Part shown: piece after piece, positions 1 to 11,555 of the stretch
Numbering within the stretch: position 1 is the stretch's first letter
Layout of the letters: every line of letters begins with the position of its first letter
From: an uncultured Rubrivivax sp.
GTDB taxonomy: Bacteria > Pseudomonadota > Gammaproteobacteria > Burkholderiales > Burkholderiaceae_C
DNA length: 56,581 nucleotides
Assembly: GCA_964446545.1 (NCBI GenBank)
Contig: CAYUPF010000002.1
Location: forward strand, 1 to 56,581
Direction: 5' to 3'
Made by a program: the position numbers and the translations under genes
Notes under the pieces: generated by a model
Seen by the model: only the letters and a program-made list of their open reading frames with translations
Databases searched by the model: none
What the model was told of the DNA's origin: nothing

Positions 1-515
1 TCGCCACGCACCAGGCCGGCCATGCGCCGATCACGCAGCTGGAGCAGGGCGACGGGGCCGCGTTGCGCGCCGCACTGATCGAGGTGGCGCAGCAGCTGGC
101 GCAGGCCATCGTGCGCGACGGCGAGGGTGCGACCAAGTTCATCACCGTGCAGGTCGACGGCGGCCGCGACGTGGCCGAATGCCGCAAGGTGGCCTATGCG
201 ATTGGCCATTCGCCGCTGGTCAAGACAGCCTTCTTCGCCAGCGATCCGAACCTGGGCCGCATCCTGGCGGCGGTGGGCTATGCCGGTATCGACGATCTGG
301 AGCAGAGCCTGATCGACCTGTTCCTCGACGACGTGCATGTGGCGCAGCACGGCGCGCGCCATCCGGCCTATGCTGAGGAACAGGGCCAGCGCGTGATGAA
401 ACAATCGGAAATCACCGTGCGCGTGGACCTGCACCGTGGCGCGGCCAGCGCCACGGTCTGGACCTGCGACCTGTCACACGACTACGTCAGCATCAACGCC
501 GACTACCGCAGCTGA
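1..515 (+). CDS. argJ: ArgJ glutamate N-acetyltransferase/ornithine acetyltransferase, 3' part (5' end outside window)
   Basis: Frame is open from base 3. Motifs [10 protein letters not shown] and [18 protein letters not shown], and C-terminus [18 protein letters not shown]. Confidence 0.96.
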   Translation, partial: ATHQAGHAPITQLEQGDGAALRAALIEVAQQLAQAIVRDGEGATKFITVQVDGGRDVAECRKVAYAIGHSPLVKTAFFASDPNLGRILAAVGYAGIDDLEQSLIDLFLDDVHVAQHGARHPAYAEEQGQRVMKQSEITVRVDLHRGAASATVWTCDLSHDYVSINADYRS

Positions 516-522
516 GGTGGCT

Positions 523-1260
523 TTAGTCCGGGGCGAAGCGGTCCACCGCATCGGTGACCAGGCCGTCGGTGCCCCAGGCCAGCAGTTGTTGCGCCCGATC
601 GGGCTCGTTGACGGTGTAGACCATGGCGCGCATGCCGGCCGCGTGGATGCGTGCCACCAACGCCGCGTTCATCAGCTCGTGCTTCGCGATCAGCGCGACG
701 CAGCGCAGTTCGTGTGCCATGTCGAAGGCTTCGGGCGGCAGCGTGTCCAGCAGCAAGGCGCGCGGCAGTGCGGACGCCGAGTCGCGCGCGGCACGCAAGG
801 CCTCGGGCTGGAAGGAACTGAGCAGCGGCACCCGTACCTGGCCCTGCCACAGCCGCGCCACTTCGGCTGCAACTACCGCGCCGGTATGCGCTTCGGTGCC
901 CGGTGTGGGCTTGATCTCCAGGTCGAGCGCGAAGCCGTTGTGCAGCATGAAGGCGGCCACGGCCTGCAAGGTGGGCAGCGGCTCGCCGGCATAGAGGCGG
1001 CTGTGCCAGCTGCCGGCATCGAGCTGCGACAGCTCGCTCCAGCGCCGTTCGCCGGCGCTGCCCTGGCCGTTGGAGGTGCGTTCCAGCGTCGTGTCGTGCA
1101 GCAGGAAGGGCACCCCGTCGGCGCTGAGCTTGACGTCGCATTCGAAGCCGCGATAGCCGTGGGCAGCCCCGAGGCGAAAGGCCGCCAGCGTGTTCTCCGG
1201 CGCGAGCTTGCCGGCGCCGCGGTGCGCGATCCAGCGGGGGTAGGGCCAGTCCGTGCTCAC
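523..1260 (-). CDS. ugpQ: Glycerophosphodiester phosphodiesterase
   Basis: IAHRGAGKLAPENTLAAF, ECDVKL, LLHD. Likely GTG start at 1260 (VSTDWPYP). Last gene of the ugp operon. Confidence 0.94.
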   Translation of the reverse strand: MSTDWPYPRWIAHRGAGKLAPENTLAAFRLGAAHGYRGFECDVKLSADGVPFLLHDTTLERTSNGQGSAGERRWSELSQLDAGSWHSRLYAGEPLPTLQAVAAFMLHNGFALDLEIKPTPGTEAHTGAVVAAEVARLWQGQVRVPLLSSFQPEALRAARDSASALPRALLLDTLPPEAFDMAHELRCVALIAKHELMNAALVARIHAAGMRAMVYTVNEPDRAQQLLAWGTDGLVTDAVDRFAPD

Positions 1261-1318
1261 TGGACGACCCTGCTCGCACAGCGCTTCGGGACGAGCGCCT
1301 GGCAGCGGCCCGGCGCGC

Positions 1319-1322
<4 letters not shown>
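1257..1322 (-). repeat. Family C small element, also a 21-aa bridging mini-ORF ([21 protein letters not shown])
   Basis: ATG overlaps the ugpC stop (ATGA) and its TGA overlaps the ugpQ GTG (GTGA). TGAGC occurs at both junctions. Aligns by eye with 29329-29397. Confidence 0.75.
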
Positions 1323-2389
<1,067 letters not shown>

Positions 2390-2450
2390 TCAGTCGCTCC
2401 GTGCCGGCCGAAGCGGCAACCTGGATGTGGGGATGCGGTGTGCGCAGGCA

Positions 2451-2577
2451 GGCGCCGCGGAACCGGCCTTGGCTGCGGCATCACGGCGCTGGCGCGATAC
2501 GAGCCTTCGCTGAAGCGCAAGCGCTTTGCCGGGTCGGCTCGTCCCCCCTGGGGGAGGACGCCGAAGGCGCTTCGGGG
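2451..2577 (+). repeat. Family A palindromic element (interrupted copy), inside a 65-aa bridging ORF at 2390-2587(-)
   Basis: GCCGCGGAACCGGC...GCTTTGCCGGG...CCCCCCTGGGGG...CGCCGAAGGCGCTTCGGGG; the same modules occur at 3515, 18366, 22094 and 22336. Confidence 0.8.
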
Positions 2578-2583
2578 AGGATC

Positions 2584-3444
2584 TCATTTCTCGGTGTCGA
2601 CCAGGCCCTTGACGAACCAGCGCTGCATCAGCACCACCACCACCGCCGGCGGCAGCATCGCCAGGATCGCGGTGGCCATGACCACGTTCCAGTCGATGGC
2701 CGCGTCGCCGCCGCCGGAGATCATGCGCTTGATGCCCATCACGATCGGTGCCATGTCCTCGGTGGTGGTCACCAGCAGCGGCCACAGGTACTGGTTCCAG
2801 CCGTAGATGAACTGGATGACGAACAGCGCCGCGATCGCGGTGCGCGACAGCGGCAGCAGCACGTCCCAGAAGAAGCGCATCGGCCCGGCACCGTCGATGC
2901 GCGCTGCCTCCACCAGCTCGTCGGGCACGGTCAGGAAGAACTGGCGGAACAGGAAGGTGGCGGTGGCCGAGGCGATCAGTGGCACCGTCAACCCGGCGTA
3001 GGTGTTGAGCATGCCCAGATCGGACACCACCTTGTAGGTCGGCAGGATGCGCACCTCCACCGGCAGCATCAAGGTCACGAAGATCATCCAGAAGACGAAG
3101 TTGCGCAGCGGGAAGCGGAAGTACACCACCGCAAAGGCGCTGAGCAGCGAGATGGCGATCTTGCCGATGGCGATGACCAGCGCGCTGACCAGGCTGATCC
3201 ACAGCATCGGCGCCACCGGCGGCGTGCGCGCGCCGTTTTCGGTCTGACCGCCGAACAGCGCCAGCTTGTAGCTCTGTACGATGTTGTCGCCCGGCAGCAG
3301 CGACATCGGCACCTGCTGGGCGATGTCGCGCGCCGTGTGCGTCGAGGCGATGAAGGTCAGGTAGATGGGGAAGGCGACGATGAGCACGCCCAGCACCAGT
3401 ACCAGCTGCGCGAGCGCGCGCGCGACGGGGCGATTCTCGATCAT
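2584..3444 (-). CDS. ugpE: sn-glycerol-3-phosphate ABC transporter permease
   Basis: Hydrophobic, EAA loop ELVEAARIDGAGP, FIYGWNQYLWPLL, C-terminus QRWFVKGLVDTEK. Confidence 0.95.
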   Translation of the reverse strand: MIENRPVARALAQLVLVLGVLIVAFPIYLTFIASTHTARDIAQQVPMSLLPGDNIVQSYKLALFGGQTENGARTPPVAPMLWISLVSALVIAIGKIAISLLSAFAVVYFRFPLRNFVFWMIFVTLMLPVEVRILPTYKVVSDLGMLNTYAGLTVPLIASATATFLFRQFFLTVPDELVEAARIDGAGPMRFFWDVLLPLSRTAIAALFVIQFIYGWNQYLWPLLVTTTEDMAPIVMGIKRMISGGGDAAIDWNVVMATAILAMLPPAVVVVLMQRWFVKGLVDTEK

Positions 3445-3514
3445 CGCACGCGTCCGGCCATCTCAGTTACCCATGGCGCCGAAGCGCCACCCGCGACGCA
3501 TGAACCGGACGCAT

Positions 3515-3742
3515 CCAGCGACCGCTGCGGATCCGGCTTTGCCGGTCCGCCAGCGGTGCCAACAGCGAGCACGCTGTTGGCGCTCGTAGGCGAGGAACAG
3601 TCCGCTTCGGACTGTTCCCCGTCCGACTCGCCCTCCTTGAGGGGGCTGAGCCCGGACGACAGGCCGTCCCTGCGGACGGCCTGTCGCCTGCGAAGGCCAG
3701 CCGGCCTGCATGCCGGCTGGCGCGCCGCAGGCGCTGCGGGGG
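3515..3742 (+). repeat. Composite element: a family A copy split by two oppositely oriented family B two-hairpin modules
   Basis: A parts: CCGCTGCGGATCCGGCTTTGCCGGTCCGCCAGCGG, CCTCCTTGAGGGGG, GCGCCGCAGGCGCTGCGGGGG. Perfect hairpins at 3558-3581, 3594-3618, 3657-3686 and 3697-3720. Confidence 0.82.
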
Positions 3743-3749
3743 TGGTTCA

Positions 3750-4637
3750 TCAGTACTGCACCTTCTTCTCGACGTAGCGGAACTGCAGCACCGTCAGCCC
3801 GATGACGATGCCCATCAGCACCACCGACTGCGCCGCCGAGCTGCCCAGGTCCAGCGCCTTGAAGCCGTCGAAATACACCTTGTAGACCAGGATCGCGGTG
3901 TCCTTGCCCGGCCCGCCCTGGGTGGCGGCGTCGACGATGGCGAAGGTCTCGAAGAAGGCGTAGATGATGTTGATGACCAGCAGGAAGAAGGTGGTCGGCG
4001 ACAGCAGCGGGAACTGCACCGTCCAGAAACGGCGCCACGGCCCGGCACCGTCGATGGCCGCGGCTTCGATCAGGCTCTTCGGAATCGACTGCAGCCCGGC
4101 CAGGAAGAACAGGAAGTTGTAGGAGATCTGCTTCCACACCGCCGCCATGACGATCAGCGCCATCGCCTGGTTGCCGTCGAGCAGGTGATTCCACTCGAAG
4201 CCCAGCCGGCGCAAGGCGAAGCTGACGACACCCACCGAAGGCGCGAACAGAAACAGCCACAGCACCCCCGCCACCGCCGGTGCCACGGCATAGGGCAGGA
4301 TCAGGAAGGTCTTGTACAGCGGCCCGCCCTTGATGGCGCGGTCGGCCATCACCGCCAGCAGTAGCGATACCGATAGGCCGATGCCGGCCACCAGCACCGA
4401 AAACACCGCGGTGATGCGAAACGAGGCCAGGTAGGTGTCGTCGGCGAACAGCCGGGTGAAGTTCTCGGCACCGACGAACTGGGTCGAGGTGCCGAAGGCG
4501 TCCTCGAGCATCACGCTCTGGTACAGCGCCTGCCCGGCGGGCCAGAAGAAGAACACCAGCACGATGGCCAGCTGCGGCGCCACCAGCGCCCAGGGCAGCC
4601 ACCAGCTCTTGAAGCGAACGCGTTTCTCTACGGCCAA
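3750..4637 (-). CDS. ugpA: sn-glycerol-3-phosphate ABC transporter permease
   Basis: [39 protein letters not shown]. The TTG start is uncertain. Confidence 0.94.
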   Translation of the reverse strand: MAVEKRVRFKSWWLPWALVAPQLAIVLVFFFWPAGQALYQSVMLEDAFGTSTQFVGAENFTRLFADDTYLASFRITAVFSVLVAGIGLSVSLLLAVMADRAIKGGPLYKTFLILPYAVAPAVAGVLWLFLFAPSVGVVSFALRRLGFEWNHLLDGNQAMALIVMAAVWKQISYNFLFFLAGLQSIPKSLIEAAAIDGAGPWRRFWTVQFPLLSPTTFFLLVINIIYAFFETFAIVDAATQGGPGKDTAILVYKVYFDGFKALDLGSSAAQSVVLMGIVIGLTVLQFRYVEKKVQY

Positions 4638-4660
4638 GGAATCGTCTCTCTGGCTAGGGG

Positions 4661-4737
4661 CCTTCCCCGCCCGGCGGGGAGGGGCGGGGGAGGGATGCCG
4701 TCAGTTCAGCCGGCAAGGCCGGGCCACCGGCCCGGCC
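4661..4737. repeat. Two GC-rich palindromes between ugpB and ugpA (REP-like, or mRNA-stabilising hairpins)
   Basis: CTTCCCCGC-CCG-GCGGGGAGG followed by a G-rich run (4661-4695), and GGCCGGGCC-ACC-GGCCCGGCC (4717-4737). Confidence 0.55.
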
Positions 4738-4755
4738 GCAGGCGAACAAGGGCTT

Positions 4756-6069
4756 CTAGCCCTTGTTCGCCTTTTCGAAGCGCTCGAGCAGCTCGTTGCC
4801 GCGCTTGACGATGCTGTCCAGACCTTCCTTGGGTGTCTTCTTGCCGGCCCAGACCTGTTCCAGTTCCTCGTCCTCGATGGCGCGGATCTGCACGTAGTTG
4901 CCCAGGCGGATGCCGCGCGACTTGTCGGTGGTCTTGCGGATCATCTGGTTGACGGCGGTGTCGGTACCGGGGTTCTCCTTGTAGAAGCCGGACTTTTCGG
5001 TCAACTGGTAGGCCGCCATCGTGATCGGCAGGTAGCCGGTGCGCTTGTGGCTGGCCGACTGCACTTCGGGGTTGGACAGGAAATTGAAGAACGCGGCCAC
5101 GCCCTTGTATTCCTCGGGCTTCTTGCCCGAGATCACCCACAGGCTGGCGCCGCCGATGACGGTGTTCTGCGGCGCGCCCGGCACGTCCGGGTAGAAGGGC
5201 AGGGTGCTGACCGCGAAGTCGAACTTGGCGTTGCGCTTGACGTTGCCATAGAAGCCGGACGAGGTGGTGATCATGGCGCACTCACCCGAGATGAAGCTGG
5301 CCTCGGGCACGTTGCCGCGGCCCTTGTAGATGAACAGCCCCTGCTTGGCCATGTTGGCCAGGTTCTCGATGTGGCGCGTGTGCAGCGGCGAGTTCACGAC
5401 CAGGCGCGCATCCATGCCGCCCAGGCCGTTGCGCTTGGTGGCCAGTTCGGTGTTGTGCCAGGTGGAGAAGCTTTCGAGCTGGGTCCAGCCCTGCCAGGCG
5501 GTGGTGAAGGGACACTTGTGGCCGTTGATCTTGAGCTTGGCCGCGGCCAGCGCCACCTCGGGCCAGGTGGTGGGCGGCTTGTCCGGGTCCAGCCCCGCGG
5601 CCTTGAATGCATCGCGGTTGATGTAGAAGACCGTCGTCGAGCTGTTGAACGGGAAGCTCATCATCTGCCCACTGGGCGCGGTGTAGTAGCCGGCCACGGC
5701 AGGCACGTAGGCCGCGGGGTCGAACTTGTAGCCGCCATCGGCCATCAACTTGCCCACCGGCACGACCACGCCCTTGCTGGCCATCATGGTGGCGGTGCCG
5801 ACCTCGAACACCTGCAGGATGTGCGGTGCGTTGCCCGAGCGGAAGGCGGCCACGGCCTGCGTCATCGACTCGTCGTAGCTGCCCTTGAAGGTGGGCACGA
5901 CCTTGAAGTTCGTCTGGCTGGCGTTGAACTGCTTGGCCAGATCGTTGACCCATTCGTTGTTGACCGCCGTCATCGAGTGCCACCACTGGATCTCGGTTTG
6001 TGCCTGGGCCGGCAATGCGCTGAGCAGGGTGCAGGCGGATGCGGCGAGTGCGAAGGATTTCAGTTTCAT
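4756..6069 (-). CDS. ugpB: sn-glycerol-3-phosphate ABC transporter substrate-binding protein
   Basis: Signal peptide, then EIQWWHSM, ILQVFEVGTATMM, IIG-type motif VIGGASLWV. GGAG RBS before MKLKSF. Confidence 0.95.
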   Translation of the reverse strand: MKLKSFALAASACTLLSALPAQAQTEIQWWHSMTAVNNEWVNDLAKQFNASQTNFKVVPTFKGSYDESMTQAVAAFRSGNAPHILQVFEVGTATMMASKGVVVPVGKLMADGGYKFDPAAYVPAVAGYYTAPSGQMMSFPFNSSTTVFYINRDAFKAAGLDPDKPPTTWPEVALAAAKLKINGHKCPFTTAWQGWTQLESFSTWHNTELATKRNGLGGMDARLVVNSPLHTRHIENLANMAKQGLFIYKGRGNVPEASFISGECAMITTSSGFYGNVKRNAKFDFAVSTLPFYPDVPGAPQNTVIGGASLWVISGKKPEEYKGVAAFFNFLSNPEVQSASHKRTGYLPITMAAYQLTEKSGFYKENPGTDTAVNQMIRKTTDKSRGIRLGNYVQIRAIEDEELEQVWAGKKTPKEGLDSIVKRGNELLERFEKANKG

Positions 6070-6280
6070 GACTTCTCCGTGACGCAAACAGGTGCAAAGG
6101 GGCCAATGTGCCCAGGTTTTATGACACCCGCGTTTCTTTCATACAAGCGACGGGTGCGGCTACGGGGATAACCCGCCGCATCGGCCGGCATGTACCCGGG
6201 GCAATGCTGCGCTGCGATAATGAACGGCTCAATCGCCTGCGCAGGCGCAATCGGGCCCGCCTGTTGCCACTGGGTACACC

Positions 6281-9200
6281 ATGAACGCACCGCTTCCCCT
6301 CGAGCCAGCCCTGGCGGATGCCGCCGCCGGTGCGGAAGCGGCGGGCGGCGCGCCGCGGCTGCGCGAGATTCCGTACAACTACACCTCGTTCTCCGACCGA
6401 GAGATCGTGCTGCGGCTGCTGGGTGCGCGCGCCTGGGAGTTGCTGAACCTGCTGCGCCAGGAGCGGCGCACCGGCCGTTCGGCGCGCATGCTGTACGAAG
6501 TGCTGGGCGACATCTGGGTGGTGCAGCGCAATCCCTATCTTGAAGACGACCTGCTCGACAACCCGAAGCGCCGGCACCTGTTGATCGACGCGCTGCACCA
6601 CAGGCTGAACGAGGTGGAACGTCGTCGCAACCCGGCCACCGATGCCGAACGCGACGCGCTGGTGGGCGAGTTGCTGGCTTCCGCGCGCGACGCGGTGGAG
6701 CGCTTCGCGGCGCATTTCCGCCAGGTCTGGGACCTGCGCAAGACCACGCGGCGCGTGCTCGCTCGCGTCACCGCCAAGGACAACCTCAAGTTCGACGGCC
6801 TGTCGCGCGTCTCGCACGTCACCGACGCCACCGACTGGCGCGTCGAATACCCCTTCGTCGTGCTCACGCCCGACAGCGAGGCCGAGATGGCCGCGCTGGT
6901 GCAAGGCTGCATCGAGCTCGGGCTGACGATCATCCCGCGCGGCGGCGGTACCGGCTATACCGGCGGCGCCGTGCCGCTGAGCTGGAAGAGCGCAGTCATC
7001 AACACCGAGAAGCTCGAGGCGATGAGCGAGGTGGAATGGCTGCGCCTGCCGGGGCTGGACCGGGACGTGCCGACGATTTACACCGAGGCCGGCGTGGTGA
7101 CGCAGCGCGTGGCCGACGCCGCCGAGCGTGCCGGCCACGTGTTCGCGGTCGACCCGACCTCGGCCGAGGCCAGCTGCATCGGCGGCAACATCGCGATGAA
7201 CGCCGGCGGCAAGAAGGCGGTGCTGTGGGGCACCGCGCTGGACAACCTGGTCAGCTGGCGCATGGTCACGCCCGACGCCAAGTGGCTGGAGGTGACGCGG
7301 CTGGACCACAACCTGGGCAAGATCCACGACGCGCCGGTGGTGCGTTTCGAGTTGAAGTATTTCGACGCCAGCGGCCGCAAGCTCGAGCGCACCGAGCAGC
7401 TGGAGATCCCCGGCGCCACCTTCCGCAAGGAAGGCCTGGGCAAGGACGTCACCGACAAGTTCCTGGCCGGGCTGCCCGGCATCCAGAAGGAAGGCTGCGA
7501 CGGGCTGATCACCAGCGCGCGCTGGGTGGTGCACCGCATGCCGGCGCACGTGCGCACCGTGTGCCTGGAGTTCTTCGGCAACCCCAAGGGCGCGGTGCCC
7601 AGCATCGTCGAGATCAAGGACTACCTGTTCGCGCAAGCCGCACAAGGCGGCGCGACCGAGGAGGGGCAGGGCCCCTCCCCCGTCCAGCTCGCCGGCCTGG
7701 AGCACCTGGACGACCGCTACCTGCGCGCGGTGGGCTATGCCACCAAGAGCAAGCGCGGCGGCCTGCCGAAGATGGCGCTGTTCGGCGACATCGTCGGTGA
7801 CGACCCCGATGCAGTGGCACGCGCCACCAGCGAGGTGGTGCGCATCGCCAACGCGCGCGGCGGCGAGGGCTTCGTCGCCGTCAGCGCCGAGGCGCGCAAG
7901 AAGTTCTGGCTCGACCGCAAGCGCACCGCGGCGATCGCGCGCCACACCAACGCCTTCAAGGTGAACGAGGACGTGGTCATCCCGCTGCCGCGCATGGGCG
8001 AGTACACCGAAGGCATCGAGCGGCTGAACATCGAGCTCAGCCTGCGCAACAAGATCGAGCTGACGCAGTCGTTGCAGGACTTCTTCAGCCAGGGCGCGTT
8101 GCCGCTGGGCAAGGCCGACGACGCGGCCGGCCTGCCCAGCGCCGAACTGCTGGAAGACCGGGTGCAACAGGTGTTGCAGCTGCTGCACGAGGTGCGCGAG
8201 CTGTGGCAGTTCTGGCTGGCGCAGCTGGACGTGGTGCAGCCCGATGAACCCGGCAAACCCGGCCGCACGCTGTTCGCGCAGTTGCAGGACCACACGCTGC
8301 GCGCGTCGTGGAAGACGCAGATCCTGGCGCCGCTGCAGGCGATCTTCTCCGGCGCGCCCTTCGAGCCGATCGTGCAGCAATGCAAGCGCATCCACCAGCA
8401 GGTCCTGCACGGACGCGTCTGGGTGGCGCTGCACATGCATGCCGGCGACGGCAACGTGCACACCAACATTCCGGTCAACAGCGACAACTACGCGATGCTG
8501 CAGACGGCGCACGAGATCGTCGCGCGCATCATGGTGCTGGCGCGCCGGCTCGACGGCGTGATCAGCGGCGAGCACGGCATCGGCATCACCAAGCTCGAAT
8601 TCCTCAGCGATGCCGAGTTGCTTCCCTTTGCCCAGTACAAGGCGCGCATCGATCCCGAGGGCCGCTTCAACAAGGGCAAGCTGCTTCGTGCCCCCACGGC
8701 ATCGCAGGCGACGCCTGCCCCCCAGGGGGGCTCGCTGGGCTTGGGGCGGCCCGGCGCCCAGCAGCGCCAGGCCGCGGACGACGGACGCGCGTCCGACCTG
8801 AGCGCCGCCTACACCCCCAGCTTCGGGCTGATGGGCCATGAGTCGCTGATCATGCAGCAGAGCGACATCGGCGCCATCAGCGACAGCATCAAGGACTGCC
8901 TGCGCTGCGGCAAGTGCAAGCCGGTGTGCGCCACCCACGTGCCGCGCGCCAACCTGCTGTACAGCCCGCGCAACAAGATCCTGGCGACCTCGCTGCTGGT
9001 CGAGGCCTTCCTCTACGAGGAGCAGACGCGCCGCGGCGTCAGCCTGGCGCACTGGGAAGACTTCGAGGACGTGGCCGACCACTGCACCGTGTGCCACAAG
9101 TGCCTGTCGCCGTGCCCGGTGAAGATCGACTTCGGCGACGTGACGATGAACATGCGCAACCTGTTGCGCAAGATGGGCCGCAAGAGCTTGCGCCCCGGCA

Positions 9201-10309
9201 ACGCGGCGGCGATGCTGTTCCTCAACGCCACCGATCCGCGCGTGATCAAGGCGATGCGCGTGGGCATGGTCGGCATCGGCTTCAAGGCGCAGCGCATCGC
9301 CAACGACCTGTTCAAGCGCCTGGCGCGCCGGCAGACCGCGGCGCCGCCGGCCACGCTGGGCGCGGCGCCGGTGAAGGAGCAGGTGATCCACTTCATCAAC
9401 AAGAAGATGCCGGGCGGGTTGCCGAAGAAGACGGCGCGCGCGCTGCTGGACATCGAGGACAAGGACTACGTGCCGATCATCCGCGACCCGGCGGCGACCA
9501 CGGCCGAGAGCGAGGCGGTGTTCTACTTCCCCGGTTGCGGCTCGGAGCGGCTGTTCAGCCAGGTGGGGTTGGCGACGCAGGCGATGCTGTGGCATGCGGG
9601 CGTGCAGACGGTGCTGCCGCCGGGCTATCTGTGCTGCGGCTACCCGCAGCGCGGCTCGGGCCAGTACGGCAAGGCCGAGCGCATGATCACCGACAACCGC
9701 GTGCTCTTCCACCGCGTGGCCAACACGCTGAACTATCTGGACATCAAGACCGTGGTGGTGAGCTGCGGCACCTGCTACGACCAGCTGCAGGGCTACAAGT
9801 TCGAGGACATCTTTCCCGGCTGCCGCATCGTCGACATCCACGAATACCTGCTCGAAAAGGGCATCAGGCTCGACGGCGCCGGCGGCTACCTGTACCACGA
9901 CCCCTGCCACAGCCCGATGAAGCTGCAGGAGCCGCTGAAGACCGTCAAGGCGCTGGTCGGCTCCAACGTGCTGCAGAGCCAGCGCTGCTGCGGCGAAAGC
10001 GGCACGCTGGGCGTGACGCGGCCGGACATCTCGACGCAGGTGCGCTTTCGCAAGGAGGAAGAGCTGCGCAAGGACGAGGCGGCGCTGCGCGCCAGCGGCG
10101 GCGCGACGCCGACGGGCCCGGTGAAGATCCTCACTTCCTGCCCCAGCTGCCTGCAGGGCCTGAGCCGCTACGAAGGCGACCTGCAGAACGGCCTGCTCGA
10201 GGCGGACTACATCGTCGTCGAGATGGCGCGGCACATCCTCGGCGAGAACTGGTTGCCCGAATACGTGGCGCGGGCCAACGCCGGCGGCATCGAGCGCGTG
10301 CTGGTCTGA
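6281..10309 (+). CDS. Large FAD-linked oxidoreductase with Fe-S and CCG domains (DUF3683/DUF3400 type)
   Basis: [62 protein letters not shown] and CCG motifs; 1342 aa. Confidence 0.88.
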   Translation: MNAPLPLEPALADAAAGAEAAGGAPRLREIPYNYTSFSDREIVLRLLGARAWELLNLLRQERRTGRSARMLYEVLGDIWVVQRNPYLEDDLLDNPKRRHLLIDALHHRLNEVERRRNPATDAERDALVGELLASARDAVERFAAHFRQVWDLRKTTRRVLARVTAKDNLKFDGLSRVSHVTDATDWRVEYPFVVLTPDSEAEMAALVQGCIELGLTIIPRGGGTGYTGGAVPLSWKSAVINTEKLEAMSEVEWLRLPGLDRDVPTIYTEAGVVTQRVADAAERAGHVFAVDPTSAEASCIGGNIAMNAGGKKAVLWGTALDNLVSWRMVTPDAKWLEVTRLDHNLGKIHDAPVVRFELKYFDASGRKLERTEQLEIPGATFRKEGLGKDVTDKFLAGLPGIQKEGCDGLITSARWVVHRMPAHVRTVCLEFFGNPKGAVPSIVEIKDYLFAQAAQGGATEEGQGPSPVQLAGLEHLDDRYLRAVGYATKSKRGGLPKMALFGDIVGDDPDAVARATSEVVRIANARGGEGFVAVSAEARKKFWLDRKRTAAIARHTNAFKVNEDVVIPLPRMGEYTEGIERLNIELSLRNKIELTQSLQDFFSQGALPLGKADDAAGLPSAELLEDRVQQVLQLLHEVRELWQFWLAQLDVVQPDEPGKPGRTLFAQLQDHTLRASWKTQILAPLQAIFSGAPFEPIVQQCKRIHQQVLHGRVWVALHMHAGDGNVHTNIPVNSDNYAMLQTAHEIVARIMVLARRLDGVISGEHGIGITKLEFLSDAELLPFAQYKARIDPEGRFNKGKLLRAPTASQATPAPQGGSLGLGRPGAQQRQAADDGRASDLSAAYTPSFGLMGHESLIMQQSDIGAISDSIKDCLRCGKCKPVCATHVPRANLLYSPRNKILATSLLVEAFLYEEQTRRGVSLAHWEDFEDVADHCTVCHKCLSPCPVKIDFGDVTMNMRNLLRKMGRKSLRPGNAAAMLFLNATDPRVIKAMRVGMVGIGFKAQRIANDLFKRLARRQTAAPPATLGAAPVKEQVIHFINKKMPGGLPKKTARALLDIEDKDYVPIIRDPAATTAESEAVFYFPGCGSERLFSQVGLATQAMLWHAGVQTVLPPGYLCCGYPQRGSGQYGKAERMITDNRVLFHRVANTLNYLDIKTVVVSCGTCYDQLQGYKFEDIFPGCRIVDIHEYLLEKGIRLDGAGGYLYHDPCHSPMKLQEPLKTVKALVGSNVLQSQRCCGESGTLGVTRPDISTQVRFRKEEELRKDEAALRASGGATPTGPVKILTSCPSCLQGLSRYEGDLQNGLLEADYIVVEMARHILGENWLPEYVARANAGGIERVLV
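8691..8763 (-). repeat. Palindromic element with A- and C-like modules, in frame inside the FAD oxidoreductase
   Basis: Minus strand reads GCTGGGC-GCCGGGCCGCCCCAA-GCCCAGC, CCCCCCTGGGGGG, a hairpin, then GTGGGGG. Encodes [24 protein letters not shown] on the plus strand. Confidence 0.72.
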
Positions 10310-10315
10310 AACACC

Positions 10316-10732
10316 ATGGCTGGTCTGACACCCGACACCCCCGCGCCCACGGCACTGACGCTGCACCAGGCGTCGCGTGTGCTCGAGGTGGGCTTCGCCG
10401 ACGGCAGTGTGTTCCGCCTGCCCTTCGAACTGCTGCGCGTGTATTCGCCCTCGGCCGAGGTGCAGGGCCACGGCCCCGGGCAAGAGGTGCTGCAGACCGG
10501 CAAGCGCGAGGTCGGCATCGTCGAACTCGGCACGGTCGGCCACTATGGCGTGCAGCCGCGCTTCACGGACGGCCACGAGAGCGGCATCTTCTCGTGGGAC
10601 TATTTGTACCACCTGGGCCGGCAGCAGCAGGCCTTGTGGCAGCAGTACGAGGAACGACTGGCGGCCGCGGGCATCGAACGCGACGCGCCGATGGCCGGCC
10701 CATCGGGGCCGTCCTGCGGACACGGGCACTGA
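10316..10732 (+). CDS. DUF971 / gamma-butyrobetaine hydroxylase N-terminal-like protein
   Basis: [43 protein letters not shown]. Confidence 0.88.
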   Translation: MAGLTPDTPAPTALTLHQASRVLEVGFADGSVFRLPFELLRVYSPSAEVQGHGPGQEVLQTGKREVGIVELGTVGHYGVQPRFTDGHESGIFSWDYLYHLGRQQQALWQQYEERLAAAGIERDAPMAGPSGPSCGHGH

Positions 10733-10749
10733 AGCAAGGGGCAAAGAGC

Positions 10750-11481
10750 GTGACGCAGACCCATTTCGGCTTCAAGACCATCGATGAAGCGCAGAAGGCG
10801 CAGCGCGTGCGCGGCGTCTTCGACTCGGTGGCGTCGAAGTACGACCTGATGAACGACCTGATGTCACTGGGCGCGCACCGCGCCTGGAAGGCCTATGCGG
10901 TGGCCGTGGCCAACGTGCGGCCCGGCGACAAGGTGCTGGACATCGCCGCCGGCACCGGCGACCTGACGAAGGCCTTCGCCCGGCGCTCCGGCGCCAGCGG
11001 CCAGGTGGTGCACACCGACATCAACGAAGCCATGCTGCGCGCCGGGCGCGACCGGCTGCTGGACGAAGGCCTGTTGCTGCCCAGCATCGCCTGCGATGCC
11101 GAACAGCTGCCGTTCCGCAGCGAGGGCTTCGACCTGGTGAGCGTGGCTTTCGGGCTGCGCAACATGACGCACAAGGAGCGTGCGCTGGCCGAGATGTGCC
11201 GGGTGCTGCGCCCGGGCGGCCGGCTGCTGGTGCTGGAGTTCTCGCGCGTGGCCGAGCCGCTGCGCAAGCCCTACGACTGGTACTCGTTCAACATCCTGCC
11301 GCGTCTCGGCCAATGGGTGGCCGGCGATGCCGACAGCTACCGCTACCTGGCCGAATCGATCCGCATGCACCCGTCGCAGCAGGAGCTGAAGGCGATGATG
11401 CAGGCCGCAGGCTTTGGCCACGTCGATGTGCACAACCTCACTGCCGGCGTGGTGGCGCTGCACGTCGGGGTGAAGTGCTAA
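10750..11481 (+). CDS. ubiE: Ubiquinone/menaquinone biosynthesis C-methyltransferase
   Basis: [45 protein letters not shown] start at 10750, at the end of ORF 8914-11481. Confidence 0.96.
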   Translation: MTQTHFGFKTIDEAQKAQRVRGVFDSVASKYDLMNDLMSLGAHRAWKAYAVAVANVRPGDKVLDIAAGTGDLTKAFARRSGASGQVVHTDINEAMLRAGRDRLLDEGLLLPSIACDAEQLPFRSEGFDLVSVAFGLRNMTHKERALAEMCRVLRPGGRLLVLEFSRVAEPLRKPYDWYSFNILPRLGQWVAGDADSYRYLAESIRMHPSQQELKAMMQAAGFGHVDVHNLTAGVVALHVGVKC

Positions 11482-11555
11482 AGCCCGGCTCGGGCCGGCG
11501 CTTACACTGCACGTAGCGCCCGCGACGGGGCGCTTCGCGCTGGAGCAAGACAACG

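Noticed and set aside
3515..3742. Possible CRISPR array or riboswitch
   Set aside because: There are no identical direct repeats with unique spacers and no cas genes; the same modules recur elsewhere as dispersed repeats.
6108..6127. Pho box upstream of ugpB (GTGTCATAAAACCTGGGCAC on the minus strand)
   Set aside because: Only one good half-site; the second is degenerate and mis-spaced.
8249..8262. CCCGGCAAACCCGG resembling the family A inner hairpin
   Set aside because: Too short to distinguish from chance in GC-rich coding DNA.
6119..10744. 1541-aa minus-strand ORF and other long antisense or alternate-frame ORFs (e.g. 12490-14991, 33404-36319, 38824-40911, 51424-53997)
   Set aside because: They shadow well-supported genes, are expected from high-GC codon bias, and show no recognisable motifs.
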